DNA of 64,000 nt from Podarcis filfolensis (Eukaryota), in NCBI GenBank assembly GCA_964270895.1, contig OZ185436.1, one strand, 5' to 3'. The notes under the pieces are model-generated. The model was not told the DNA's origin and ran no database searches. It was given only the letters and a program-made list of their open reading frames with translations. Positions within the stretch are counted from its first letter, which is position 1, and every line of letters starts with the position of its first letter. The position numbers and the translations under genes are program-made. This document shows positions 1 through 14,064 of the stretch, piece after piece.

Positions 1-532
1 AGCATCTATACACTTTGAGAACGCACAGAGAATACTCTAAAGGAGTGAAAGGGCAAAGATGTATAGGCCAGATGTGTGTAGAGAATTGAAAGTTGGCCTG
101 TGAGGGGTGGGAATTGGGCCAGATCCAGTTTCACACCCATGGCTGACTCTGACCAGTGATGGCTCTCAGGTTGCAACTCAAAACATCAAGGAGGCACCAG
201 GTTGGGGAAGACTGGTGCTATTATATGCTAAGTTTGTATGACACCCTTCCTCTGAAGAGCTCAGAGTGGCATACATTGGGTTATCTCCCCACATCCTCAG
301 GAAAGCGCTTTATGGAAATAGGGTAGGTTGAAAAATTGGTCTTGCCTAAGGTTGTTCAGTGAGCACATGGACAAATGGGTGTTTGTACAGAAGAAATTAG
401 TCCTTGTTATTATCTTGATCTAGACAAAGGTGACCCACAGTTGTTTGGGTAAACAAACAGAGACCGACCGACCGACAGACTCCCTCTCACAGACCCACAA
501 GTGCAAATGCACTAAAAAAAAAGGTCTTCTCA

Positions 533-829
<297 letters not shown>

Positions 830-1450
830 TTAATCAGTTATTAGCCTAGAGTCAGTTGTAAGCATCAGAAATATGACTCTGCAGCTAGTTTTTTAATAAA
901 TTGGGGAGAAGTCTCTTCTGCTGCCCTTGGCATGATCTATCCAGAGTTAAGCACTTATAGGTCACACTGATTTTTACTGGAGAGTTGAGCACTCACGTAA
1001 TTCTCCCATTGCAATAAATGGGACATGGAAATGGTTAAATCTATCGGCTAAAGACAGTATCCAGTTCACCCGCCCCCCTCCGGCAACCACCATTCATCTC
1101 TCCATTCTCAACAGGCTGAAGTGACAGAAAACCAGCAGGCCAATGACATCTGGCCTGGATGTTGCTTTAGATGGCAAATTAATGCTCACTGATTGCATCC
1201 CCTTAGCAACGTGGCTGATTTAGAGATTAAATTCCTAGAGTGAATCACTGCTCTCATACACTTGGAACTGCTTCAAAAAGGACATTCCACCAAGTGGTAG
1301 GGAGTAAAAGAGAGGGGCAGGGAGAGAGAATGGCCTAGATTCGTCAACATTTCATTCCAGTTACGGGACTTGTAGCATTTTCACTGATGTCACATAAAAC
1401 AATAATTAAAAGCTGCCTTTCATCTAGGTTTGCAGCCTCTTGCATATTTG

Positions 1451-1525
1451 CATAGACTCATAGAATTGGAGACTTGGAAGGGACCCCAAGAATCATCTAG
1501 TCCAACCCCCAGCAATGCAGGACTC
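1451..1525 (-). mobile_element. CR1 or CR1-tailed SINE 3' end
   Basis: CATAGAATT...TTGGAAGGGACC...CATCTAGTCCAACCCCC...AATGCAGGA. Confidence 0.7.
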
Positions 1526-2355
1526 TCAGCATAGTTTCCCCCCTGTGCAAGTTTGTTGATGTACTCTTTGTCTTCCCCTATGCTTGAAGCACTTTGTAGT
1601 GAGGAGGGTCCAGGGAGGAGGCAGGCAGGGCTCAACTCAACAGGAGGGAATCTTGGTGGGCAAAGCACGGCATGTACCCCTAGCCAGCCAACTGGCCGGT
1701 TCCTGCCTTCTGAGCCCAAATGTGGCAACCACTGGCCCAGCTTGTCTCCCACCAACCTCCAGGGCCAGCAGACATGTGCACTCTTATGAATCTCTTATGA
1801 TTCAATTCATTAAAATACACACAAAGATGTAATTGCACAGCACTGAGAGTAAAACAGAGATCCTCAACCTTCTTGAGCCCAGGGGCACCTTTGGAAACCA
1901 AAGAAACCATTACGAGCACCACAAAATATCTGTTTTGCAGAAGAAAAACATGTCATACTCAGACACACATCATTGAAAAGAGGCAGAACACCTACAACGC
2001 TCCGCCTCCAAAAAAACAAAAACAAATGAAATGCAGGCAAAAAACAGGCAACAGCCCACCATGGCAAAAAACATTTCAATTTTTAAAAAAGGCTAGGAGG
2101 GGCTGGGGACCTTGGCAGGTGCCTGATGGTGCTGGGGTGCCCACAGGTGCCATTTGGGGGACCCCAGGAGTAAAACACCAAGCACACGGCATATACACAT
2201 GGCCACACATTCTCTGACACACACTTCCACTCATGTGGATAGTTTACAATTCAGCCAAGAGGCAGGTAGCACCTTCATTCTTGAGTTGGAATATATATGC
2301 CCTTATTTGGTGGTAGCCTTTTCACGCATCTTGCAAATCTGAATTCATTTACTCA

Positions 2356-2544
<189 letters not shown>

Positions 2545-2607
2545 TTAAGATTATCAAAGTGGCCAGGACAATGCCTAGGCCCTAGGCTAAGGTTCTGACA
2601 CAGTGCA

Positions 2608-2719
2608 AGGGCTTATCCACACTCCCTCTTGTCTCCCCGGGAAAGGAGTGGGGCAAAGGGAAAACCACTCAGACCTGTGCTTTCTAGGCGCGGGATAAGC
2701 AGAAGTGTGGACAAGCTCT
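2608..2719. mobile_element. Small MITE-like element with 16-bp imperfect terminal inverted repeats
   Basis: AGGGCTTATCCACACT and AGTGTGGACAAGCTCT match as reverse complements at 14/16 positions. Confidence 0.6.
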
Positions 2720-3526
2720 AGGGCTACTTGTAGCTGGACACATTTTTCATCAGCAGATGCAAACTGGAATGTGATTTCAACAAACAGAGGAGTTCTAGGT
2801 ATCCACGACACATGCATAATAATCACATGGAGCAAAATCCATCTCACATCGACAAAAGAGACTGTCCCAATGAGGGTCGGAAGTTTAAATACTGTACCAG
2901 ATTTTTGCTAACTGTGCCCCACCAAAGTGAAGGTAATTGTATTTATTTATTTTATTCTGCCACAATAACAGGGGATGCTAAAGGAAGCCCTTTCATTTCC
3001 CATCGGGTTAGGGGAGCACTTTATTTTAACAGTTAAGTAGTTAGAAACCTCAGCAAAATCCTAACAAACCATCAATTGTTTTCTCCTGCTTCCTGCTGTT
3101 GTCTGCAGTTCTATTTTGTGTTAAGGGTTATTCTTCCTCCTCTTTCTAGAAAATTTCCACTGAAAAGGTGATGAAGTGTAGGAAACGTCACCCTGTCCTC
3201 GCTAACAAACTACACCCTCTCCAGCTTGCACAGAAAACATGCCAATTCCTGTGGCAGACATTAATTTATACACAATCCCATATAGAATGAAAAAAGTTGC
3301 ATTTATCAGTCTCCCCTTTAAATTCTGCAGATGATAACCCCAGATTTGTTGTTGGTTTTTTGTTTTGTTTTAAATCTTTCTGGACCCAATACAACCTATC
3401 CCCATTCTGAAGAACATCCATTCTGGTGGGTACTATCATTCAAAGAGGAGGAACTGGCATAATTTTAGCTCAGCAACTCTGAGCAGGAGCCAAAGGGAAG
3501 GCCAAAGTTCAAAGTATGCTAACATC

Positions 3527-3644
3527 CCTGTGTAGTTCAGTCAGTAGAGCATGAGTTTCAGCCCCACGTTGGGTGAAATATTCCTGCATCGCAGGACTAG
3601 ATGATCCTTGTGGTCACTTCCTACTCTATGATTCTGTGATTCTA
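3527..3644 (+). mobile_element. tRNA-derived SINE with a CR1-like tail (internally deleted)
   Basis: A-box-like TAGTTCAGTCAGTAGAGC, then CCCACGTTGGG...GACTAGATGATCCTTGTGGTC...ATTCTGTGATTCT. Confidence 0.75.
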
Positions 3645-4678
3645 ATGAAAACCTTCTCAGAAGGGGATCATCACAGCTAGCATCAGCAAAAGAGACAAAC
3701 TTCTGATACGGAAACTGAACTTTGCTCCCATGCCAGGAAGATCACTTCAGGCTTCTTGCAGCACATTACCATAGCAAGCAACTGCTTTCTTATGTCCTTC
3801 TGCCTGCCTGCATCAAACTGATTTTGCCTGCAGAGGATTTATGTCCACATCCAGAGTTAATCAGCACAATCCCGTTTATAAAAGGAGGGTCTTTGAAAAG
3901 TGTACCGTGCAAAGTAACTTCATCACAGTTTTTAGAACCCTACGAATTTTAGGGTGAAGATAGAAAAATATTCTAATTAAGCGGAAAAGAATAACCCTCA
4001 GCACCTCTCCATTCACAGATTTAGCTGATGTCAACACTGACTGATTCTAGGTTATAAATATGTTTCTGGAAACTCAAAGGTTTGCAAAAGTACAAACATA
4101 ATAGGAAAACCTTCTCTAAGGGGCATCCATCAAGACAGTCCAAAGAGGAATATGAACAGATATCAGATCCTAACTGGTTATTCTGAGGGTGGGATAAATT
4201 GAATGTAATGGAGTATTTTGAAAGACCACATTGTTAACTGACTGCAGTATAGAATTTGCACCACTCCACATTGCTTGAGCACCACTCCACATTGCTTTGT
4301 TTGAGGCCCCACTGGTATTTCCAGTTAACATTGTTTCTGCTTTTTGTTGTGTCTAATTCTATGCACAGTTACCTGGGAGTAAGTCTCAGTGAATGTACTG
4401 AGACTGACTTCTAAGTAAATACACTGTTTGAGATCTTCTTGAGAGAGGGTTGAAAATCCCTGCTTGGCCAGGAAGCTTACTGGGTAGCTTTCAGTAGGTC
4501 TCTGTCTCTCTGCTCAAATGACCCCTCAGGGATGTTGCAAGGCTACAACGTGGCTCCCAGCTGCTCAGAGGAAAAGGGTGGAGAGACAACAAACCTAACA
4601 AATGATTATTCTACAGCAGCCAAGCATGCATAATTTTCTCATGTGGTCACACAACAGCTCTTACAGTTGCTGTTTTTA

Positions 4679-4679
<1 letters not shown>

Positions 4680-4717
<38 letters not shown>
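4680..4717. repeat. (AAC)n microsatellite
   Basis: Uninterrupted AAC run of about 12 units. Confidence 0.97.
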
Positions 4718-4798
4718 AGCTGCAGCCACTGTTTTCAGCCACTCATCTCACTGTGTGCAGGAAGCAGCTTTGCACCCATCTTACACAAGGGCTAACTA

Positions 4799-5254
<456 letters not shown>

Positions 5255-6770
5255 TCATAGCCCTAACACATAACCACTAGGCTGAGAGTAAAATACGACA
5301 AACATACAATATTTAATCTTGCTCTACTAGAACACAGCGAATGTAGATGAGGCGTTTCAAGACAATTGTTTCTGTTCATGAGCAATAAGCCTTTGCTTTG
5401 GACATTGGGAAAGCCGTATTTGTTTCAGTGGGTGGTTTCACTTTCACCTACTTTGATTAAAGGGAAATAGTGATTTTAGGCCAGGTATGGAGACCCTGCG
5501 ACCCCCCAGATTTTGCTGGACCACATGCTAGATGGGGGCAATGGGAGTTTGAGCCCAAGAACACCTGGAGGGCCACTGGCTCCCCATCCCAGATGTAGGT
5601 GGACCCTGAGGGAAAAAGAAAATGGAGCTGGCATTCCCTCAGATATATGGGCAGAATTCAATGTAGCGGTAAGGAGATCACTTTTTCAGGGCAAGCATTT
5701 CTGCTCCTATGCTTCTCCCGAAGGGTGAAATTCAATTATGTTTTACTCAGGGTATGTCCCTTAATTTCCATGTAAGACTGCTCTGAGTAAGACAGAGTTG
5801 AATACCACTGAATAGGTTTCCCAAAGATACCAAAAGTTGTCCAAGAGAATTTGCAGGATGCCAATCCTCTGCATCCCAACTGTCTGTGTGGTTAGCTGTG
5901 ACGGAGGGAAATTCATAACAAATACAAAATGGACACTTGGAATTCATTCACCACAGTGAGAATCAACTCCCCACCCCCACCCCAATGACTGGTCATGAAT
6001 TTAATGTCCCAGCCCTTCTTTCCTGAAAACCACAGGCTGGGAGTTTAGACTTGTGACCTCTGTACATTGCCTCCTGTAAGAGTACGTAGCTTCACCACCT
6101 GCTGCCTGGAGCATAGATGCCAGACATGATCTAGGCCTTTGAAATATAGCTCAGTTCCCCCTCCTGCTCCCCCATTTTCCTCTAAAAGCAAATCCCCAAA
6201 CCTGGAGGGTACCTGTGAAATGAGATATGCTTTGCCTGATTAAACAGGAGACTCAGATCCTGAGAAAATGAAAGCTCCCTTTCTCCCCCTTCCAGGAAGA
6301 TTGGCAAACTCACACAACCCCCTGCCATAGCTACTGTTCTTGAAAACTCAGCCAGAGCAAATCTAAGCTATGTCCCATCGCTACAAGACAGCCTTTGTGT
6401 GGGCTTGCTCTTTTAAAAGCAGTAGCTGCTGTGACCCCTTCTCCTCACATTCACCCCCAAATACTATAACATGGAGTAATCATTCCCAGTAAGTCTGGGC
6501 AAGCACAGCAGCCACATGCTTGCTTCTTGTGTTGGGTCTGAGTCAAGCCGTGGAAAATAATACCCTCCTCGATGGCAGATGTCTTCCCCCTCCCTAATCC
6601 CTGATGCGTGCACATGATCAGTTTCAGCCTGTTCACATGCATGTTTTGGACAGAAACCTAATACTCCGCTTTCCTGCAGGGATGGGAGTGGGAGGAACGA
6701 CCAGAACACATTCAATGTGCTGAAAGACCTTAAAAGGGGCTTCATTGTTAAGATGCTTCATGTCACTTAC

Positions 6771-6819
6771 CCAGCATGGTAGCATCCACTGCTCCACCAG
6801 GGCAAAACTCGATCATGAT
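6771..6819 (-). CDS. STK10: STK10 coding exon 3, IMIEFCPGGAVDATML plus 1 nt
   Basis: Read manually (not in the ORF track): ttttttgacag|ATC ATG ATC GAG TTT TGC CCT GGT GGA GCA GTG GAT GCT ACC ATG CTG G|gtaagt; kinase hinge; 49 nt keeps frame with exon 4. Confidence 0.97.
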
Positions 6820-9800
6820 CTGTCAAAAAAAGAAAGTTTTAAATGGGCAGCTGGAAATTATATTTCAGAGTACAGCTCCTTTACTATCAGAGAGAACAAC
6901 AACAACAAAACCCTCTTCTTGGAACAAACCAGCTTCTTCTTCCCCAAAACTAAATAACACTCCAACTATTTTTTTTATTGCTATTGTTATTTTTGGCACA
7001 GCAGAGCAACTTGCTGTTGGGCACAAGTCCCTACTTCTAAAATGTTATTGTAAGGTGCTTTAAGTCAAACTCGGGCGCTTACTGCTTAAGAACATTATAA
7101 TAAACAACATATGAGATCTCACACAAAATCAGGGCTGTCTAACTTACAGCTCTTCCAAACAAAAATATTGCTACTGCCTCACATTCATAAACCTCTTTAT
7201 TCAAATACTGTAGTTGTTGAAATAATCCTGAAGGGTTGTTCAGTATTATTATCCTCACACGGCAGATGCAGTGAGGCTGAGAAGAGACACAGCCTGCCTA
7301 AGGGCTACCAAGAAAGTTTTCACGGGAGAGGTGAGGATGGGAACAAGAGACTTCCTGGTTTGCAGCTGATTCCCTTAGCTATTATGTTACTCTGACGTCT
7401 GCCTAACCCTGAAGAACACCCATCCGATCATGTCCCTCAAGACCTCCCACAGAGTAAATGGGAGAAAACAAAGCCTTGACTTCAGCCCACAAGAAACTTC
7501 CTTTCAGATTATTGCCCTCTCACACAAAATGAAAACCAGCCCCCCTATGCCCCCTGTACCTGCAGGCCCATCTGAAGCAGCTTCAATGCTCATGACTCCA
7601 CTTACGCATTTGTTTACAGGTTTCGATTGCAGCTTGAACAGAGAGGGCTGCTGCAGATACTTGAACTTGCCAACAGGATGAAATAGTTGTCATAGTTGAG
7701 AGCTGACGTGGAAACAGCTCAGAAGCATCCTAAAACTCACAGTGCTCCTTTTTCTGCTTTAATTTGAAGATGAAGCTTGCAGCTGGTTCTCAAGGGTTTG
7801 CCTGTTGTTTTGTAATTGTGCTAAAAATAATATGTTTTGCCCATCGCAACATTCCCTTGAAGTCCCTAAAAGTCACCCCTTGACATCACAACCAATCAGG
7901 CTTGAATTTTAATAATTTGTCTTGAACATTTCTATGAAGCAAAAGGATTAGCTACCCTGGAGTCTGAACTAACGGAGCAAGTCAAATTTGTCCACGGTAG
8001 TTCAGGTATTTATACATCACATGCACATACCCCTTCATATTTTGCAAGTGGTGATCTATGTTTTTGGCTGCAGCTAAAAGTGCCCCCTACCCCAAATCTC
8101 AGTCAAGGAAAGGAGCCAACTCCAAAAACTTCAACACCCTGTTCTATGTGCAGACTGGCTTGCTCTGTGCTGGATTATAAGGAATATATTCAGGAGTACA
8201 CTTCATGCCCCCTCTTTTGTGACATTGCCCTGTTTTGAGACGTATCTTGTACTTGGAATGACTTAGACTACATATGTGCCAAATTTCAGCTTTTGAGTAG
8301 CCTGGAAGTACCACTGTCTTTTGGGGGAAGGGCTATCCGTTTGGGAACTGAGGCAGCACTGAAGTCGGGGTATCATTTTGGTGACATAAGAATCGAGTTT
8401 CAGGGCCCAAACTAATCAAATTGGTAACCCATGTAGGTTAGGCCTAATTGTCAGCTAGGGCATGGGCTGAGGGCAATGATGCAGCCACCTTGCTAAAACT
8501 AAGCCAGTCTCTCTGGTCCATGCTGGGATGGGAAACCACCTCAGAACCTCATGCATGTTGCCTTGAATATAAATGAACTAAAAGAAAATTAAAACCATAT
8601 ATACACACAGAAACACACCCATCCCTTATCCACCAGGTGACTATTCACCTGATTTGGAGGATTTCCCCCTCATTGGTTTCTCCTACTCCAGAATGAGAAG
8701 TGCATATACTCTGCATATGCAAGCTTTTAGCAGTACTCACATCAACAAATATTTACAGTGAGCAGTCTCTGCAAATTTTATTATCATCATTGTTATTCTA
8801 TTATCACTCAGGTGTGGCTAATTTTTCTGCGACAGGAGAACCCCAGTGGAGTGACCTTTGTTCACTGTCATGTGCCATAGAGCTTTGCTTTGTTGCAGTA
8901 AACATTTCAACTGTGTCAAGTATCTCCTGACTCATGCACCAATAAATTCCCATTCACTGATCATTGCTGTTAATCTATCTATACAGCATGTTCTGGCCCA
9001 ATCTATAATGCAGCTTGAGCCAGGTTCTTGTCACAACACCATCAGGACATATATCACCTTGTTAGTGCTGAAAGGCTGACTGTACACTGAGACTGAAACT
9101 ACTCTTATTAATCAGCATACTTACTTATTCAAACCTTTATTAGGCATTATACAAACAAAACGATAAAAGAAAAAGTAACATATAAAAGCCTTGAGATATA
9201 TACAGAAAGGCAGCAGTTGGCTACATACATATATATTTATTTATATACATATTAATCAGCATATAAACCCGTGAAAAGTAATTTTACTGTTTGCTGCTTG
9301 TGTACTTGGAAACACCCCCCCCCAATAAAAACACAGTTATTTAGCATGGCGGAAGGTGTTTATTACAGGTGGGTACTTGAAAACTTAATGGGGAAAGTCC
9401 TATGAGCATTATTTAATGTCATTTCTGACATAGATCATAAGTTTACATCTGTAAAAAAAGGGGGGGGGGAGGAATGCTTTGAAAACAAAGTGCACAGAAA
9501 ATTCTGGAGTAGCCACTGACTCTTTGATAGCTTATGGCAGAGTCTAGGAGCATCTCAAAGTCTAACAGATTTATTACTGCATGAAGCTGAATGGGTTAGA
9601 GTTCACTTCAACAGATACAGAAATCCAGGAGCATTCTTGGGTGAACAGTTTGTTCATATGGGGTGGGTGCAAACCATTTGCTCAGAACAAGGGATGAACG
9701 AGTGCTTGGGAAGACAACATGACTTCAACGGGACACCTTTGGTTCTTGAGAGAGACAAAGAAGAAAAGAGTAATGCCAAAAGCACATTCTTTGCATTTCT

Positions 9801-10297
9801 GCTTCCTTGTTTAAAAAGCAAGCAATGCTATTACCTGACTGTTCTCTGGTCACTCCCCCCCCCCCTTCTCCCATGTAATCTCCACCCTCTTAAAAAGAAT
9901 CAAACTGCCCATAGCTCAATCTTATTAGTAATTGCTCTCCTAGATTTCAAAACTTCTTGAATGCTGTCTGCCACTTTTGTCTGCAAATCCCGCCCTTTGT
10001 CTCACACGGCTCCAAATAATACAAATCGAAAGCAAGTCAAATGTTTGCCAACTAGGTGTGCCGCTTCCTTTGGTGACAGAGGCCCCGGTGCCTTTAGCAA
10101 CTGCATGACAGGCATTCCAACATTCCTCCAAGAGGAGAAAGCCAAAAGGCATAGCTAAGCCTTGTCCACTTCCGCTTCAGGCTCAGGTCCTGCTCCAGGA
10201 GAGGCCTGTGTGGAATGAGCGACGCTCAGACTCATTTTGCTGACTGGTACCAACTGAGCAGTGTGCTCCTTGCATTGTGGCAGCAGGCCCTGTAATC

Positions 10298-10459
10298 CTA
10301 GGAAGTTGCCTTAGTCAGACCACTAGGCCCATCTAGTCCAGCACTGTTGACCCTGGTTGACAGCAGCCCTCCAGGTTTCAGGCAGGGTGCAATGCCAGCC
10401 CCACTGAACACAGGACCTTCTGCATGCAGAGTAAGTGCTGCAACACTCAGCTGTGGTCC
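10298..10459 (-). mobile_element. tRNA-derived SINE of a second family
   Basis: Minus strand reads GGACCACAGCTGAGTG...TGCATGCAGAAGGTCC (tRNA-Ala-like head), then CCTGCCTGAAACCTGGAG...GGACTAGATGGG...GGCAACTTCCTA. Confidence 0.7.
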
Positions 10460-10576
10460 GAACTAGTTCAGGATAAGACAGACTTGAGCTATATTACAAA
10501 ATTTGACAGGTTATGTCTTGTGCCACCCTCAAGGTTGGTGAAAACAACCAATAAGCCTAAGGCACTTGGTTCATGG

Positions 10577-10976
10577 CAGGGGTCAGCAAACTTTTTCAGT
10601 AGAGGGCTGGTCCACTGTCCCTCAGACCTTGTGGGGGGCCAGACTATATTTTGAAAAAATAAAATAAAAAATGAATGAATTCCTGTGCCCCACAAATAAC
10701 CCAGAGATGCATTTTAAATAAAAGCTCGCATTCTACTCATATAAAAACACCAGGCAGGCCCCACAAATAACCTAGAGATGCATTTTAAATAAAAACACAC
10801 ATTATACTCATATAAAAACACCAGACAGGCCCCACAAATAACCCAGAGATGCATGTTAAATAAAAGGACACATTCTACTCAGGTAAAAACACGCTGCTTC
10901 CCGGACCATCCAGGGGCCGGATTTAGAAGGCGATTGGGTCGGATCCGGCCCCTGGGCCTTAGTTTGCCTACCCAAG
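10577..10976 (+). mobile_element. hAT-type MITE with an internal 71-bp triplication
   Basis: Starts CAGGGGTCAGCAAAC and ends GTTTGCCTACCCAAG; homologous to the copy at 34223; no matching TSD seen. Confidence 0.85.
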
Positions 10977-12496
10977 TGCTAGAGAGGCTGCTCCGATCTT
11001 TGGGAGAGACAAGGAGCTGAGTGGCAGCTCTGTTCGCCTTGTAATCCAAGAGGGATCTTCATGGAGAGAAGCAAGTTTCTTTCACCCCAGGGAGGGTCAA
11101 GGAAACTGGATATTATTGTGGAGTTCAGGTCTAAGTGTGTGCCAACTTAAACCTATTTCCAACTTGGGGCTTTCAAAAAGTCTCTCTCTCTCTCTCTTCC
11201 CTACCTATGCAACTAAGACCAATGTACACTGGAAATCTTGCCCTCAGATATGTAATATATTAATGCCACTGAAATATTTCAAACAAGCCAGTGGGCTTGC
11301 TCTGCAGTAATCACCCTACTAACCCTAGCTCCCCCCACTGAGACATTTCACTTCCTTTCCGTTTCTTTCTGCAGCCCTAGAATTGCTGAGATGAGAAACT
11401 GTAGAGTCAAAACAGTCACATCAGTTTGGAATGAGTCAACTCAAATAACTTTGAATCTTGCTAATCTGATTATGGTGGCTGCATTCTCTCTTTTTTAGTC
11501 TTGTGCTGCATGCATGAAGGTATATTTGTGACTGTAGTTTTCATATTTCAGTTACAGATTTCTATTTGCCAGGCACAACCATTGTTATTCTCTGTGTTGA
11601 GATTTGCTATCTTAGCTTTAAATTCGTTTAAATTCAGCTGCCTTCCTTCACTATTGAGTGGATATAGAATTTGACATGGAGCCAGTCTGAGACCAGTTTG
11701 TAGACAATTGGAGAGGACTAACCCCAGCTTAGCTTGGATCAATATTAGCCATGTTACGATATTTACATAGCCTTATTTGGGTTTGGGACGGGATGGGGAG
11801 AAAGGAGTGTGTCAGTCAATTTAGTAAGGCATAAAGGTTAGAAAAGTCAGTGTATACAGGATGCAGGGGAGGAAGCCAGAGAACCTTAGATATGTTTTTT
11901 AAAAAAACAATTTGCAATTAAGATAAGAATAAATATGGGCGGGGACTGTTTGTACACAGTCTCCCTACAGCTCAGAAATCCAGTTTAAGTTGCAGTACAA
12001 GCTCTAATAGTTCCAGATGTATGAAGTTCTAATACAGTAGTTCTAATGTCAAAGTTTGCCTTCTAGCACTAAACAGGATGTTCTGTACATTCCACTCTGC
12101 AGAACACATCATTAAGCAGTACTTTTTTTTAAGGTTGTGCCTATCAGCAAAACCTACATGATCAAATTTAACTACGGAAAGAAACAAGGTCTGGATGGTT
12201 TCTGTGCTTCTTCCAAAATGGCACCCAGCTGCATTTTGCGCTGGAGTGCAGACATGGGCGTAGTCAGGATTTATTGGGAGACAGGCTTTATGTTAGGGGG
12301 AGCAGAACTGAAATATCTGTGATGCAATTGGTCAGCTAGTTATTTTAATTTTATTTTCTAGATTTTTTTGGGGGGGGAGGCAGCTGCCCCTGGCCCCTCC
12401 TGGCTACGCCCTGGCTGCAATAAGGAAAGGAGAGCCAACAGGCTCTAACCAGCCACACTTGGAACAATTGTCACGCTCTCTATTCTAACTCCAGCC

Positions 12497-12652
12497 TAGA
12501 ACCGTAGAGTTGGGAGAGAACCCAACAGTGTAACTCCCTGCAATGCAGGAATCACAGCTAAAGAATCGCTGATAGATAGGAGAGGCCACCACTTCCACTG
12601 CTGAATGGCTCTTACTGTCAGAAAATTCTTCCTAACGTTTAGTCAGAATCTC
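12497..12652 (-). mobile_element. CR1 3' fragment
   Basis: CCCTGCAATGCAGGAAT...TTCTTCCTAACGTTTAG, reverse of the CR1 3' end seen at 34.5-34.7 kb. Confidence 0.65.
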
Positions 12653-14015
12653 ATTTCTTTCTGGTATCAACCATGGTTGATTTCTGGTTCAGTCATGGTA
12701 GCAGTTAGCGGAAAGTCACCCCTAAATACCTGTACATCGTAATCCATCCCACCATGGAATTCTGAATACGTTTTCCTTTATTGTGGGGTGGGGCTTTTAA
12801 ACTGGTCATTATTATATTAGAAGTTAAAATACATGACCTTAAAGGAAAGACTCTCATGGCCCAGCAATCCAAATAATGCCTTTTAAATGGATGCTTGAAT
12901 TAGCATCTTTTTGAGACAGCCTTGCAACTTCTAACAGGGGAGATAAATTCCACCCATTCAAACCTTTTAACACAATCTCCACTCCTTTCACCAAAGGGGA
13001 TTTAAACTCTTTGGCATGGCAATTTAACTGCTGAGAAAGCAAAGATTAGTGTTGCAAGCTTGGCACCACCCTTCCTATGTGAAGAATTCATGACCTTTGG
13101 TCCCTCCTCTTACAAACTGGCAATTCACTCAACTATTAATCCTGCAGGGGGAAAAACACTGAACAGTAGGGTGTGCGATAGATACACACACACATTATTG
13201 GGTGTGTTCCCTCTACTTCTCTGAAACTTTCAGAATTTACAACTAAATTCTCTGTGAAAACTATTCCAGCCTTCTGAAAATACTATATGCAATTCATCTC
13301 CGTATAAGAAATGAATTAAATACCCTAGTGCAAGAATCGTCTGTAAAACTGACTTATTTGTTATCCTACCCCTTTTTGTGGCAAGTGTAAATAAGCAGAA
13401 TTGCCTGTACAGTATTTGAACAGTAGAAATCAGTTCTGAGAGGACTGGCCCTAAAGTGGACCTTACTAGATCAGGGATAAAGCAAAGATGGGAGAGTCAC
13501 TTGTTATAGAGGCAACTCCTTTTCTGAGCTCTGTAATTTTTAAAATATTGCACAGCAAATATAACTGATCAGTGCAAGTCCCTAGAAATCTTAACTGTGA
13601 ATAAGGTCTTATATTCTGTTGTAAATAACCTCGTTGACTAGCTTCTGCAATATAAACCTCACCTAATCACAAGCAACAGAGGGAGTTCAGGATTAATAGG
13701 TCATATAATGGCCAACACAGGAAGGGCTTGGTCAAAGAACTTGGCTAAACAGCAGCACCTCTTGAACAAGTGGTGGTGCAAAGATTCTGCTCTGGCCGGA
13801 ACGAGGAAACCGTACTCATACTAGGCAAATGCAGTATTCATGCACCAAGAAGCCAGCATGTCACACGCACCAGTAGATAGCACAATAGATAGCACTCCCT
13901 GATCCTTATAAAAGGTCCCAGGTCAAACTTGTTTGCTGATATAAGCATTCAGGAGACCTGTTCTTTATGACTACAGATCAGCTTCACAGCACTACAATCT
14001 CTCTGAACAGGAGTG

Positions 14016-14018
14016 CTC

Positions 14019-14062
<44 letters not shown>
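14016..14062. repeat. (CT)n microsatellite with one interruption
   Basis: CT run with a G at 14031. Confidence 0.97.

Positions 14063-14064
<2 letters not shown>

Noticed and set aside
3527-3600. tRNA-like A/B-box sequence (also about 19245-19305 and 10400-10459)
   Set aside because: No complete cloverleaf; each runs into a LINE-derived tail, so these are SINE heads and not tRNA genes.
4258-4297. Short local tandem duplications (21-bp period here; 19-bp period at 32206-32238; 27-bp period at 39387-39438)
   Set aside because: Typical slippage or repair duplications in intronic DNA; only two units each and no evidence of function.
10687-10892. Regularly spaced direct repeats resembling a CRISPR array (also the TTAACCTGAA repeats in the Tc1/mariner MITEs)
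   Set aside because: Whole units are duplicated with no unique spacers, they lie inside a MITE, there are no cas genes, and the DNA is eukaryotic.
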